Source of the DNA: a virus
Direction: 5' to 3' (one strand)
DNA: 18,053 nt
IMG/VR virus record: IMGVR_UViG_3300045988_162755
Span: 1-18,053 of that record
Under the pieces are notes generated by a model that saw nothing but the letters and a program-made list of their open reading frames with translations, did no database searches and had not been told where the DNA came from. The position numbers were made by a program, and so were the translations under genes. This document shows, in pieces, positions 6,706-14,320 of the stretch (position 1 is its first letter; every line of letters starts with the position of its first letter).

Positions 6706-7905
6706 ATGGCTGATTTCAGTTGCCATTCTGCGTTCTGCGTTATAAACAACCCTCGCTACGATATTACATACAAGCACAATGAAGAGGGTGAAATAATCAA
6801 AGACGAGAACGGCAAGGCGGTTATATTAAAGCAAGAGCCTACGGAGTATCATTCATTGACAGAACAACAGATATGTGATGATGTTCTTAATAAGTGGGTC
6901 GGTGATGATGATAAGCGAACAGGAGCGGTTTTATTCTGCGTATCTGCTCTCGGTCTTGAACACTTGCATTGCGTTTTTGAAAGTGAAAAGACTTTCCGTC
7001 CGCTGTCTGCTTTGAAAAAGCTTTTTCCAAAGGTACATATTGAGATAACCAAAGGGAACAAAAAGCAAGTCGAAGACTATATAAACAAGGTCGGCAAGTT
7101 CGAGGAAAAGGGCGAAAAGATTATAGCAAAATCTCAGGTCGGTGAGATAAAAGGCTGTCAAGGCAAGCGTAACGATTTGATTTCAATGTCTGATATCCGT
7201 GATCTTATTTACAGCGGACAAACTCCGAACGATATATATAGGCAATATCCGCAGGCTATCAAGTCCAAAACTGCAACAGAAGAATTATTCTATTTGTACC
7301 GAAAGGACAACACACCGCCCGAACGTGATGTTAAAGTACATTGGTTGTTTGGTGGCACAGGTTGCGGAAAATCGTATACATACATTGAACTATGTGAAAA
7401 GCATGGTGATGTAAATATCTATCGTGTGACCGACTATGACCACCCTTTTGACGGCTACCAAGGAGAGCCGATATTAATACTTGATGAGTTCCGAGGGCGT
7501 ATCTCATACAGCTATTTGCTCACTCTGCTTGACAAGTACCGCTCTCAGGTATCTGCACGATACAGCAATAAAATGACGTTATGGACGGAAGTTTATATTA
7601 CTTCGCCGTTTCTGCCTACAGAACTTTATCAAAAAATCGCTGAACGTAATGACGGCATAGATAAACTTGAACAGCTTACGAGGCGTATTGATGATATAGT
7701 GTATTGTTTCAAATATCCTGCCGAGAACAACAGCGGTACATTTTATTGTAAATACAACGTTGATTTTGACCTTCATTGTGATAGTCACGCTATCCGTGAG
7801 CAGTGTTCACACGTTCGCCATGAGGTTTCACAAATGGGCTTGTTCACACTTATGGACGGCTTAACGTCAAAATTTGTTGAAAATAAAAACAAAAATGTCG
7901 GCTGA
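6706..7905 (+). CDS. rep: Rolling-circle replication initiator, CRESS-like: N-terminal HUH endonuclease (superfamily II, single catalytic Tyr) fused to an SF3 helicase
   Basis: ATG 6706 with RBS aaaggtgg. The alternative start at 6577 would read through the origin hairpin. Motif I FCVINNP. Motif II (HUH) LEHLHCVF. Motif III DYINKVGK (YxxK). Walker A GGTGCGKS. Walker B ILILDEF. Motif C ITSP. Confidence 0.75.
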   Translation: MADFSCHSAFCVINNPRYDITYKHNEEGEIIKDENGKAVILKQEPTEYHSLTEQQICDDVLNKWVGDDDKRTGAVLFCVSALGLEHLHCVFESEKTFRPLSALKKLFPKVHIEITKGNKKQVEDYINKVGKFEEKGEKIIAKSQVGEIKGCQGKRNDLISMSDIRDLIYSGQTPNDIYRQYPQAIKSKTATEELFYLYRKDNTPPERDVKVHWLFGGTGCGKSYTYIELCEKHGDVNIYRVTDYDHPFDGYQGEPILILDEFRGRISYSYLLTLLDKYRSQVSARYSNKMTLWTEVYITSPFLPTELYQKIAERNDGIDKLEQLTRRIDDIVYCFKYPAENNSGTFYCKYNVDFDLHCDSHAIREQCSHVRHEVSQMGLFTLMDGLTSKFVENKNKNVG

Positions 7906-7953
7906 TTTTACAAAGCCGACAACATATATTATAATCATTTTGGGAGGTACACC

Positions 7954-8187
7954 ATGAAGCAAAAAGAAATTTGCAAGGAAGAAATCAACCTTTTCTATTT
8001 GTGGCTCTGTGGCACGATAGGCAAGGAGAAAGGAGAGGATAAAAGGCTTGTGTTTCTGTGCTGTCCTGCTGAGCGTGACACGCTCCTTAGGCTGTTTCTT
8101 GCAGAGTACAAAGCAGAACACCGCTACAACGCATTTAAGAGGGCTTTTCAGCCGTCCACACGCATTATAACAGTAAAAAGAGTGTAG
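7954..8187 (+). CDS. hypothetical 77-aa protein between rep and int
   Basis: Strong RBS gggaggt 7 nt upstream of the ATG. Confidence 0.45.
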   Translation: MKQKEICKEEINLFYLWLCGTIGKEKGEDKRLVFLCCPAERDTLLRLFLAEYKAEHRYNAFKRAFQPSTRIITVKRV

Positions 8188-8264
8188 CCATTATAAGCCC
8201 ATGTATTGGCGTACATGGAATGACTACACCCGATATTACAACCCCTCGAAAGGAAGTAATCACT

Positions 8265-9173
8265 ATGAAATTTAAAGAATTTTATTACAAGGACTTTCGC
8301 CCCTCTTATTTAGAGGGCGTTGTCCGCTATCCTGAGCAAACCGACTATGTGATTGAGCAGAATTGCAAGCCGATAAACGGCAAGGACCTTTCCGAAATCG
8401 GTCTTTCTGACCTCAATAACATTATCAAGATATGTGATGATACATATTGCATTGACAGAGTGAAAAAGCTCCGCAGTGTTCTTAAGCGTATCATGCGTTA
8501 CGCTTACGCTTGCCGTTATACGCCTATTGACCTATCTGCATTCGAGTTAAGGCGGTGCAGAAAACGCCCTGAAACAGTGCAACAGCTATCATTTACGGCA
8601 GAGCAAGCCGCTTTTCTGACTTCGGGTGATAGCACTATAATGAAGATGTTCCGTTTTGAGTGCTTGACAGGTCTACGCCGTGAAGAAATACTCGCCTTGC
8701 GTTGGGAGAACGTTGACCTACCTCACCGCCGTATCTTTGTTTGTCAAACTGTTGTTGTTTTAAAAGGCTGTGCAAGGCTCGTTGACGATACCAAAAACCA
8801 CAAGTTTCGCTATGTGGAGTTGAACGAAAGTGCTTACAAACTGTTGCTTTCCGTTCCGCAGACCTGTGATTTTGTATTCGGCAATCCACGTTCAAAGAAC
8901 TTTCTCAGCCCTCGCCGTTACCACGAGGAGTATAATACAATGTTCATTCGCAAGAATGAGGAATGGAAAAAGACCCACGCAGAGGGCTTGCCACACCTCA
9001 CACCGCACAAATTCCGTCACACGTTCGCAAGTCTGCTGACCGCTAACGGAGCGGATGTTAAGACAGTTGCCGACTTGCTCGGTCACACAAAGCTTGACAC
9101 CACAAACATTTATTTGCACTCTTATGATGATTTACGCCGTCAGGCGGTCGATAAGATACAATTAGATAATTAA
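8265..9173 (+). CDS. int: tyrosine recombinase / phage integrase, variant 1 (alternative start 8220)
   Basis: RBS aaggaag 8 nt before ATG 8265. Box I LTGLRREEILALRWENVDL. Box II HKFRHTFASLL. LLGHTKLDTTNIYLH with the catalytic Tyr. It ends 24 nt from the 3' end of tRNA-Pro. Confidence 0.8.
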   Translation: MKFKEFYYKDFRPSYLEGVVRYPEQTDYVIEQNCKPINGKDLSEIGLSDLNNIIKICDDTYCIDRVKKLRSVLKRIMRYAYACRYTPIDLSAFELRRCRKRPETVQQLSFTAEQAAFLTSGDSTIMKMFRFECLTGLRREEILALRWENVDLPHRRIFVCQTVVVLKGCARLVDDTKNHKFRYVELNESAYKLLLSVPQTCDFVFGNPRSKNFLSPRRYHEEYNTMFIRKNEEWKKTHAEGLPHLTPHKFRHTFASLLTANGADVKTVADLLGHTKLDTTNIYLHSYDDLRRQAVDKIQLDN

Positions 9174-9197
9174 TTTAACAGCCGCTCTTCGGGCTTT

Positions 9198-9274
9198 TGG
9201 TCGGAGTGACCGGATTTGAACCGACGACCTCTACCACCCCAAGGTAGCGCGCTAACAATCTGCGCCACCCCCCG
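9198..9274 (-). tRNA. tRNA-Pro (anticodon GGG), 77 nt including an encoded CCA
   Basis: Manual cloverleaf fold of the minus strand: acceptor CGGGGGG / CACTCCG (one mismatch), D arm GCGC/GCGC, anticodon stem CTACC/GGTAG with loop TTGGGGT, T arm with the TTCAAAT loop, discriminator A, CCA. Confidence 0.75.
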
Positions 9275-9285
9275 ATATCGTATAT

Positions 9286-9314
9286 ATTATACCCGATTTG
9301 GATACAATAGTCAA
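9286..9314 (-). promoter_or_regulatory. sigma-70 promoter for tRNA-Pro (minus strand TTGACT-17 nt-TATAAT)
   Basis: Plus-strand agtcaa at 9309-9314 and attata at 9286-9291, with a 17-nt spacer. The transcription start falls at the 5' end of the tRNA. Confidence 0.6.
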
Positions 9315-9352
9315 GAGTTTTCAGTCAAAATAAAAAAATTGCAAAAAAGGTA

Positions 9353-9381
9353 TTGACATTCACATTCATTTGTGATATAAT
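9353..9381 (+). promoter_or_regulatory. consensus sigma-70 promoter for tRNA-fMet (TTGACA-17 nt-TATAAT with a TGn extended -10)
   Basis: ttgaca at 9353-9358 and tataat at 9376-9381, with tga immediately upstream of the -10. Confidence 0.7.
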
Positions 9382-9424
9382 AAATAAGCACTCAGGAGAG
9401 AGCAGTAAAAAAACAGTAGAATAT

Positions 9425-9501
<77 letters not shown>

Positions 9502-9507
9502 GAGAGA

Positions 9508-9541
9508 AGGCTGTTGCAATTGCGACAGCCTATTTTTTTTT
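9508..9541 (+). terminator. rho-independent terminator downstream of tRNA-fMet
   Basis: Stem aggctgttgca / tgcgacagcct followed by a run of nine or ten T. Confidence 0.8.
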
Positions 9542-9552
9542 GTTGAATAGTG

Positions 9553-9894
9553 CTAAAGATTTTCAAACGCAAGAATTTTTTCATGTAATTCAGAAGCGAA
9601 TTTTTCAAGAGCAGACTTAGACCAAATTAAATTCGATTGATTTTTTTTGAGTAAATCAAGGGTATAACTATAAGCAGCTTTATAAATTTCATAATCGGAT
9701 ATAGCAGTAAGAGTAATCAACCCTTTTTCATAGTACGAATCCATTGCAAACATAAGCTGAAAGCATATCCTACTTAGTCTTTCTTCTTCAACATCATTAT
9801 CTAAATTTAAAATAATATTTTGCCACTTTGCATTATAAACACGATACGCAAAAGCAAGAATATAATAATTATCAACAGTATCAAATTTTTTCAT
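9553..9894 (-). CDS. hypothetical 113-aa protein (AT-rich gene)
   Basis: RBS gaaagg before the ATG. No recognisable motif. Confidence 0.45.
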   Translation of the reverse strand: MKKFDTVDNYYILAFAYRVYNAKWQNIILNLDNDVEEERLSRICFQLMFAMDSYYEKGLITLTAISDYEIYKAAYSYTLDLLKKNQSNLIWSKSALEKFASELHEKILAFENL

Positions 9895-9912
9895 TTTAAT
9901 AAACCTTTCAAC

Positions 9913-9941
9913 TTGACATTTAGTAAAATTTGTGTTATACT
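9913..9941 (+). promoter_or_regulatory. consensus sigma-70 promoter TTGACA(9913-9918)-17 nt-TATACT(9936-9941) with a TGn extended -10, driving the candidate small RNA
   Basis: Direct reading. Confidence 0.45.
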
Positions 9942-9947
9942 CGGATT

Positions 9948-10026
9948 TACAAAGCGGAGGATATCCGAGTTTGTGTGTGATTATGTAGTCGGTGTGTTTT
10001 GACGGATAGCCGACTACATTTTTTAT
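9948..10026 (+). ncRNA. candidate small RNA (~75-80 nt) ending in an intrinsic terminator (10-bp stem atgtagtcgg / ccgactacat, 9983-10019, plus a T run)
   Basis: The promoter lies about 7 nt upstream. There is no credible ORF: the only frame is a 60-aa track ORF with no RBS. The terminator faces the plus strand only. Confidence 0.35.
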
Positions 10027-10184
10027 GCTTCTTCAAGCATTTGTTTGAGTTCGTTAATCAGCTTTGATAAAGCTTCATATTCGCAATCAGCATGAATATT
10101 ATAAGCCTTTTCGATAATAATTCTAAGCTGTTCACGCTTTGCATACTTTATCGCAAGTTCTGTAGCTGTAGGCATGTTCTGCAT
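10023..10184 (-). CDS. hypothetical 53-aa protein
   Basis: Not in the ORF track. Strong RBS aaaggagtgagg before ATG 10184. Translation MQNMPTATELAIKYAKREQLRIIIEKAYNIHADCEYEALSKLINELKQMLEEA. Confidence 0.45.
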   Translation of the reverse strand: MQNMPTATELAIKYAKREQLRIIIEKAYNIHADCEYEALSKLINELKQMLEEA

Positions 10185-10204
10185 TATCCTCACTCCTTTC
10201 AATT

Positions 10205-10371
10205 TCCTCCGCTGTGAAAGTTACCTTTATCTCTTTCACTATATATATTATAGCATATTGCTAGCAATATATCAATAGGCATTTTGCATGAAATTTGCTA
10301 GCATTATATGTTGAAATTGTATATTGATAGCATTATAATTATATGATATAATAGAGCAAAGAGGTGATAAC
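10205..10371. promoter_or_regulatory. AT-rich regulatory region with the 16-bp palindrome atattgctagcaatat and repeated GCTAGCATTATA-like motifs; candidate operators for the adjacent RHH protein
   Basis: Direct reading: tagcatattgctagcaatatatc, ttgctagcattatatg, ttgatagcattataat. Confidence 0.45.
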
Positions 10372-10551
10372 ATGGTAAGCGAAGCACAAAAGAAAGCCAC
10401 AAGCAAATATATTTCAAAAGCATATGACCAAGTATCTTTACGAATGCCAAAGGGCAAACGAGAAGAATACAAAGCCCATGCAGAACGGCAAGGCAAGAGC
10501 CTGAACGCCCTTATAATTGAACTACTCGAAAAAGATATGCAGGAGCATTAA
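10372..10551 (+). CDS. ribbon-helix-helix DNA-binding protein, 59 aa
   Basis: Not in the ORF track. RBS agaggtga 6 nt before the ATG. Translation MVSEAQKKATSKYISKAYDQVSLRMPKGKREEYKAHAERQGKSLNALIIELLEKDMQEH. Same pattern as the 74-aa RHH at 5473..5697. Confidence 0.5.
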   Translation: MVSEAQKKATSKYISKAYDQVSLRMPKGKREEYKAHAERQGKSLNALIIELLEKDMQEH

Positions 10552-10568
10552 GCCCCTGCATTTTTTTA

Positions 10569-10766
10569 TTAATCATTTTCCTGCTGTTTTGCATAATCTC
10601 TCATAAATTGAGGGGCGGAACAATTTTCACAAACAGTTGAATCCGTAAAATGATAAACACATTCATCACAATAACCATAACAGCCGCACTCAAAAAAACC
10701 GCATTTCTTATTATCACACTTACCGAAATCAGTATTTTCCTTGCACCAAAAATTAAACTCTTTCAT
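10569..10766 (-). CDS. Cys-rich miniprotein (~65 aa, 11 Cys); putative zinc-ribbon or metal-binding peptide
   Basis: ATG at 10766 with RBS aaagga; the ORF track starts at TTG 10793. Translation MKEFNFWCKENTDFGKCDNKKCGFFECGCYGYCDECVYHFTDSTVCENCSAPQF... Confidence 0.45.
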   Translation of the reverse strand: MKEFNFWCKENTDFGKCDNKKCGFFECGCYGYCDECVYHFTDSTVCENCSAPQFMRDYAKQQEND

Positions 10767-10859
10767 TTTCAACATTCCTTTCAAAATTCTCAATAATCAT
10801 TTCAAGAACATAGCTCACATAAAGCAGAAACACCCCTGAATAAGCCGTAAGTGCTACCC

Positions 10860-11852
10860 TCATAAGTTATCACCCTTATAAGGTGAAAGCTTATAGCCTA
10901 TCGTTTTCGACATCTGAGCTTTATTCTCAGCAGATACATGAGTATATGTATCAGCCGTAAGCTTGTATGTACTGTGACCGAGCCACTCCGAAACCTCTTT
11001 CATACTGAAACCGCTATTAAGCATAAGCGTTGCATTGCTATGTCTAAGGTCATGTATACGAATTTTCGGTAAATCATTCTTGCGGAGCAAGTCTTGAAAG
11101 GCGTGCAGTACATAATCATAGTGAAGCGGTACACCCTCAGCGTTAACGCAAACATAATTCCTTGCCTTGCACAGTGGAGCTTGTCTGCCATAAAGCTTTT
11201 GCAAATAATCAAGCTGCTCATTACTAAGAGGAAATTCACGGCGAGATTTTACAGTTTTCATTCTCTTGTTTTGACTTTCGACCCAATGCCCTGACTTATA
11301 GTCTTTTATCCTAGTTCTTGTTTCACGGATATAAAGACAACGCCCGAGGAAGTCAACATTATCCCAACGCAAACCAAGTATCTCGGACTTGCGAAGTCCA
11401 AACCACACAGCGAGATACACAAAGCTTTCTATCTGAGTACCATAAGCCGCACGCAGGAGCTTCAAGAGCTGTTCTTCTGTATAGTATGACATTTCATTTT
11501 CAACCTTTCTAGGAAGCGAAAAAGCCGTGTAAGGGTTTTTGCTTATAAAATCGTTCTTATATGCGTAATTCAGACACGCACGCATGACTTCATGATGTTT
11601 ACGGAGCGTATTCACAGAAAGCCTTGTATCATGCAGTATGTGCCTTTGATAGCCCTCTATGTGCATAGGCTTAACGTCAATAAGCTTAAGTCCTTTGCTC
11701 TTGAAATAAGGGTAAAGGTATTTTGTAATGATACCTACATAGCCATCATAAGTTGACGGAGATTTTCTGTAACACGTTTCATTATTCCATACTATGATAT
11801 AGTCACAGAACAATATTTTATCCGTGTCAATGTTTTCAATGCTCATTATCAT
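10860..11852 (-). CDS. int: tyrosine recombinase / phage integrase, variant 2
   Basis: Box I GLRKSEILGLRWDNVDF. Box II HDLRHSNATLML. WLGHSTYKLTADTYTHV with the catalytic Tyr. Clearly different from integrase 1. Confidence 0.8.
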   Translation of the reverse strand: MIMSIENIDTDKILFCDYIIVWNNETCYRKSPSTYDGYVGIITKYLYPYFKSKGLKLIDVKPMHIEGYQRHILHDTRLSVNTLRKHHEVMRACLNYAYKNDFISKNPYTAFSLPRKVENEMSYYTEEQLLKLLRAAYGTQIESFVYLAVWFGLRKSEILGLRWDNVDFLGRCLYIRETRTRIKDYKSGHWVESQNKRMKTVKSRREFPLSNEQLDYLQKLYGRQAPLCKARNYVCVNAEGVPLHYDYVLHAFQDLLRKNDLPKIRIHDLRHSNATLMLNSGFSMKEVSEWLGHSTYKLTADTYTHVSAENKAQMSKTIGYKLSPYKGDNL

Positions 11853-12154
11853 TTTGCCAAGGTCCTTTCCTGATGATAGTTGTTATAGATTTTTACCTTT
11901 GTCACGTTATCAAGCTGATGAAAGACGGCTCTTGAAAGTCTGTGCTTGCGGAGATATTCAAGGAAACTTTTTGATTCAGTTGCAGGCGAAGTATTACGTA
12001 AAGCCCTAACAATATCAGAATTGCAATCGTTATTATAAAAGCTTTCAAGTATTTGTTGCTGAACGTTTTCAGACAATGACAAATAATGATTATAACTAAT
12101 CCTGCAAGTATCAGATAGAAAACGTTGAAAAGCAATAAGCATTTCATCATTCAT
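11849..12154 (-). CDS. hypothetical 101-aa protein between rep and int
   Basis: RBS aaaggagtga before the ATG. It overlaps the rep stop. Confidence 0.45.
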   Translation of the reverse strand: MNDEMLIAFQRFLSDTCRISYNHYLSLSENVQQQILESFYNNDCNSDIVRALRNTSPATESKSFLEYLRKHRLSRAVFHQLDNVTKVKIYNNYHQERTLAK

Positions 12155-13151
12155 TTAGTTCACTCCTTTCAAAATAATCATCATATTCCTTGCGGTACTC
12201 GTCAGAGTAAATATAATCAAGGAAATCTGCAATATTATCAAACCTAGCTGAAACTTCTTCAAAGTTCGGAATAATATTTACATTTGTATTGTACTTATAC
12301 TGGTTAGAGGTATAAGGTTTTGTAATAGCCGACTTTGAAACGCTATCAAAATCGGTATTACTGTATATGATCTGAGGGTCTCGATTACAGTTTCGACTGC
12401 TCCAATAATACTTGCCGAATATCTTATTATTGCCCTTTGTAATATATTTTGTGATATAGAACGCAAGAGCCGCCGAATTATTTTCCACAGGAATAGCCGT
12501 GGAAAAGCCGTATTTCCATTCAGGTATATTATACACAACGTTTCTAACGTGCAAGTTTTTTTCATCAATAGTCTTTAATGTAACAGGCTTGTTATATCCA
12601 GTTACAAGCCTTGTGCCTGAATCGACCATATCAAAGCAATCATTGATAAGAGCGTGACAATGTATACCGCCGTTCTTATGCCTTTCAGGAATGAGCAAGT
12701 ATTTCATATCTTTCCGCTTGACCTGATTTTCAAGCCACCGCCTAAGTTTTTTCTTAACAAAATCAGCATTAGAAAAATCGTATTCACTACCATTGAAAGT
12801 AATAGTGAGAAAATACGCCCACTCATTTGAAAAGGCTATATCAAAGACCTTGTCTTTTGCACGCTTTAATATATCCGTCCGTTCCCCTCTTTCCTCTTTT
12901 GAAACCTTTGCAGGTTTTTTGATTATATCAAACATATCTGTTTGAGTATCTTCTTCCTGCTGAGATTTCTCAAATTTCTCCCATTTTCGTTTAAGCTGTA
13001 ATATTTTCTGATTTTGCTGATACTCTTTAAGGTTTTTATCAACGAATATGTAATTGTTGCAATAAGTTGTTGTCGAAGAGCCGTCAGCATAGATTTTTGT
13101 TTTAGTATTTTTTAAAACGACCTCAGGGGGTAAATCATAAAAATTTGCCAT
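12147..13151 (-). CDS. rep: Rolling-circle replication initiator, φX174 gpA / filamentous-phage gII-like (superfamily I HUH, two-Tyr motif)
   Basis: Motif I FLTITFNG. Motif II (HUH) GGIHCHALIN. Motif III AFYITKYITKGNNK (YxxKY). No helicase domain. Confidence 0.7.
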   Translation of the reverse strand: MANFYDLPPEVVLKNTKTKIYADGSSTTTYCNNYIFVDKNLKEYQQNQKILQLKRKWEKFEKSQQEEDTQTDMFDIIKKPAKVSKEERGERTDILKRAKDKVFDIAFSNEWAYFLTITFNGSEYDFSNADFVKKKLRRWLENQVKRKDMKYLLIPERHKNGGIHCHALINDCFDMVDSGTRLVTGYNKPVTLKTIDEKNLHVRNVVYNIPEWKYGFSTAIPVENNSAALAFYITKYITKGNNKIFGKYYWSSRNCNRDPQIIYSNTDFDSVSKSAITKPYTSNQYKYNTNVNIIPNFEEVSARFDNIADFLDYIYSDEYRKEYDDYFERSELNE

Positions 13152-13274
13152 TTTCCCACCGCCATTTTAGTTTTTGACGGAAATTTGCGGTTATTATCAA
13201 GTATATAACCGCAAATTTCTAAGCTTGCAAGCTGTTCGCCACGGCGCACGCAGAAGCGTGCGCACGTGGCTGAA
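13152..13274. promoter_or_regulatory. intergenic region of the right phage: 14-bp perfect inverted repeat aaatttgcggttat / ataaccgcaaattt (13181-13218), 12-bp palindrome agcttgcaagct (13222-13233), and a GC-rich hairpin (13239-13268); candidate origin / packaging signal
   Basis: Direct reading. The position between the morphogenesis ATPase and rep matches the inovirus IG region. Confidence 0.45.
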
Positions 13275-14102
13275 TCAATCTTGCATAGCTTTTAAAATTC
13301 TGCTTGCTATTTTCTCTTGCTCACTCGTCCGACCGATTTTCAGCCCCTTAACAATTTCTTTTGTGTCATAAAGCGACCTTAATTCATCAGTAGCACAGAA
13401 TGTTTCTTTCCATTCTTTCGGACGTTTCCTCGTTCCTGCACTGCCCTGCTCTCCATTAATGAGATAATTTTCTTTTGTATAGCACTTATTGACGATAAGA
13501 CGTGAATTAAAATACGCCTTACAATCTATGATATAATTGACCTGCTCACGAATTATTTTTGTACACCTTTTCCACTCCTGAGCCGACCCCCATATACACT
13601 TGTGTAAATGCCGTTGCAGCGAGATATATTCGAGAAGCTCGTCCGGAGCATCTTTCCATGATTGAGAATTAAGAGTCAGGTGCATTTCATCGAACAGAAA
13701 CAGCACGCCTTGATTAACACCGTTTTCGTCAATATTCTCAACGTTCAAGATATCTTCCCAACAATCAAAAAATCTGTCAGCCACTTCCGTGTGAAAATTT
13801 GCACAAATAAGCACTTTTGGAAATCTACTCTTGACCTCTTGTGCACGTTTCACCATGCTTATAGTTTTACCTCGACCGCCTAAGCCGTTATAGAGATATA
13901 GCCCATACATATTGAACGGAACTTCTTCACCTTTAAGCCGTTTTCTAATAGTCTTGAAAGTGTCCTTTACCGATAGAGGGAACGCATGAAGCACAGGAGT
14001 TCCAAACAACATAAGAAGCACGATAACGCCCACCACAACGCTTCCCAAGGCGAGAGGTATAAGCATAGCTTTCCAATTGATATTAGCAAATGCCGACCAC
14101 AT
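13275..14102 (-). CDS. Zot-like P-loop NTPase (assembly/morphogenesis), variant 2, with an N-terminal TM helix
   Basis: Walker A LYNGLGGRGKTIS. Walker B VLFLFDEMH. N-terminal TM AMLIPLALGSVVVGVIVLLMLFG. RBS aaggggg. The start overlaps the upstream stop (TAATG). Confidence 0.65.
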   Translation of the reverse strand: MWSAFANINWKAMLIPLALGSVVVGVIVLLMLFGTPVLHAFPLSVKDTFKTIRKRLKGEEVPFNMYGLYLYNGLGGRGKTISMVKRAQEVKSRFPKVLICANFHTEVADRFFDCWEDILNVENIDENGVNQGVLFLFDEMHLTLNSQSWKDAPDELLEYISLQRHLHKCIWGSAQEWKRCTKIIREQVNYIIDCKAYFNSRLIVNKCYTKENYLINGEQGSAGTRKRPKEWKETFCATDELRSLYDTKEIVKGLKIGRTSEQEKIASRILKAMQD

Positions 14103-14320
14103 TATAAAAGCCCCCTTACAAAGTTCACAAGTGCAGATACAAGCAAAAGTCCGAGAACATAGAAAATGCTCTCAAACATCAATTCAAGATTTAAGAATTG
14201 GTCAAGCTGATACAGAAAAGAAATCATATCCCTAAGAGCTGAATAAGCTTCATCACTTATTGAGAATGACTTAAAGAACGGCAGACTAAAGAACAGCTCT
14301 ACTATTTTCGCAGTTATCAT
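14102..14320 (-). CDS. 72-aa membrane protein (pVI-like position)
   Basis: RBS gagggag. The start overlaps the pIII stop (TAATG). It has a hydrophobic C-terminal half. Confidence 0.5.
   Translation of the reverse strand: MITAKIVELFFSLPFFKSFSISDEAYSALRDMISFLYQLDQFLNLELMFESIFYVLGLLLVSALVNFVRGLL

Larger units (their letters stand above)
236..9197 (+). mobile_element. Inovirus-like integrated prophage A: XRE and coat module, pIII-1, Zot-1, RHH, CRESS-type ori/rep, int-1, abutting the 3' end of tRNA-Pro
   Basis: Gene content and order. No secretin is present. Boundaries are approximate. Confidence 0.5.

Noticed and set aside
7897-7920. Hairpin gtcggct/agccgac overlapping the rep-1 stop codon as a terminator
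   Set aside because: It has a 7-bp stem with a 10-nt loop and no downstream T run. It is too weak to call.
9820-10002. 60-aa ORF (plus strand) overlapping the candidate sRNA
   Set aside because: It has no RBS and begins antisense within the 113-aa gene. The region is better explained by a promoter, structured RNA and terminator.
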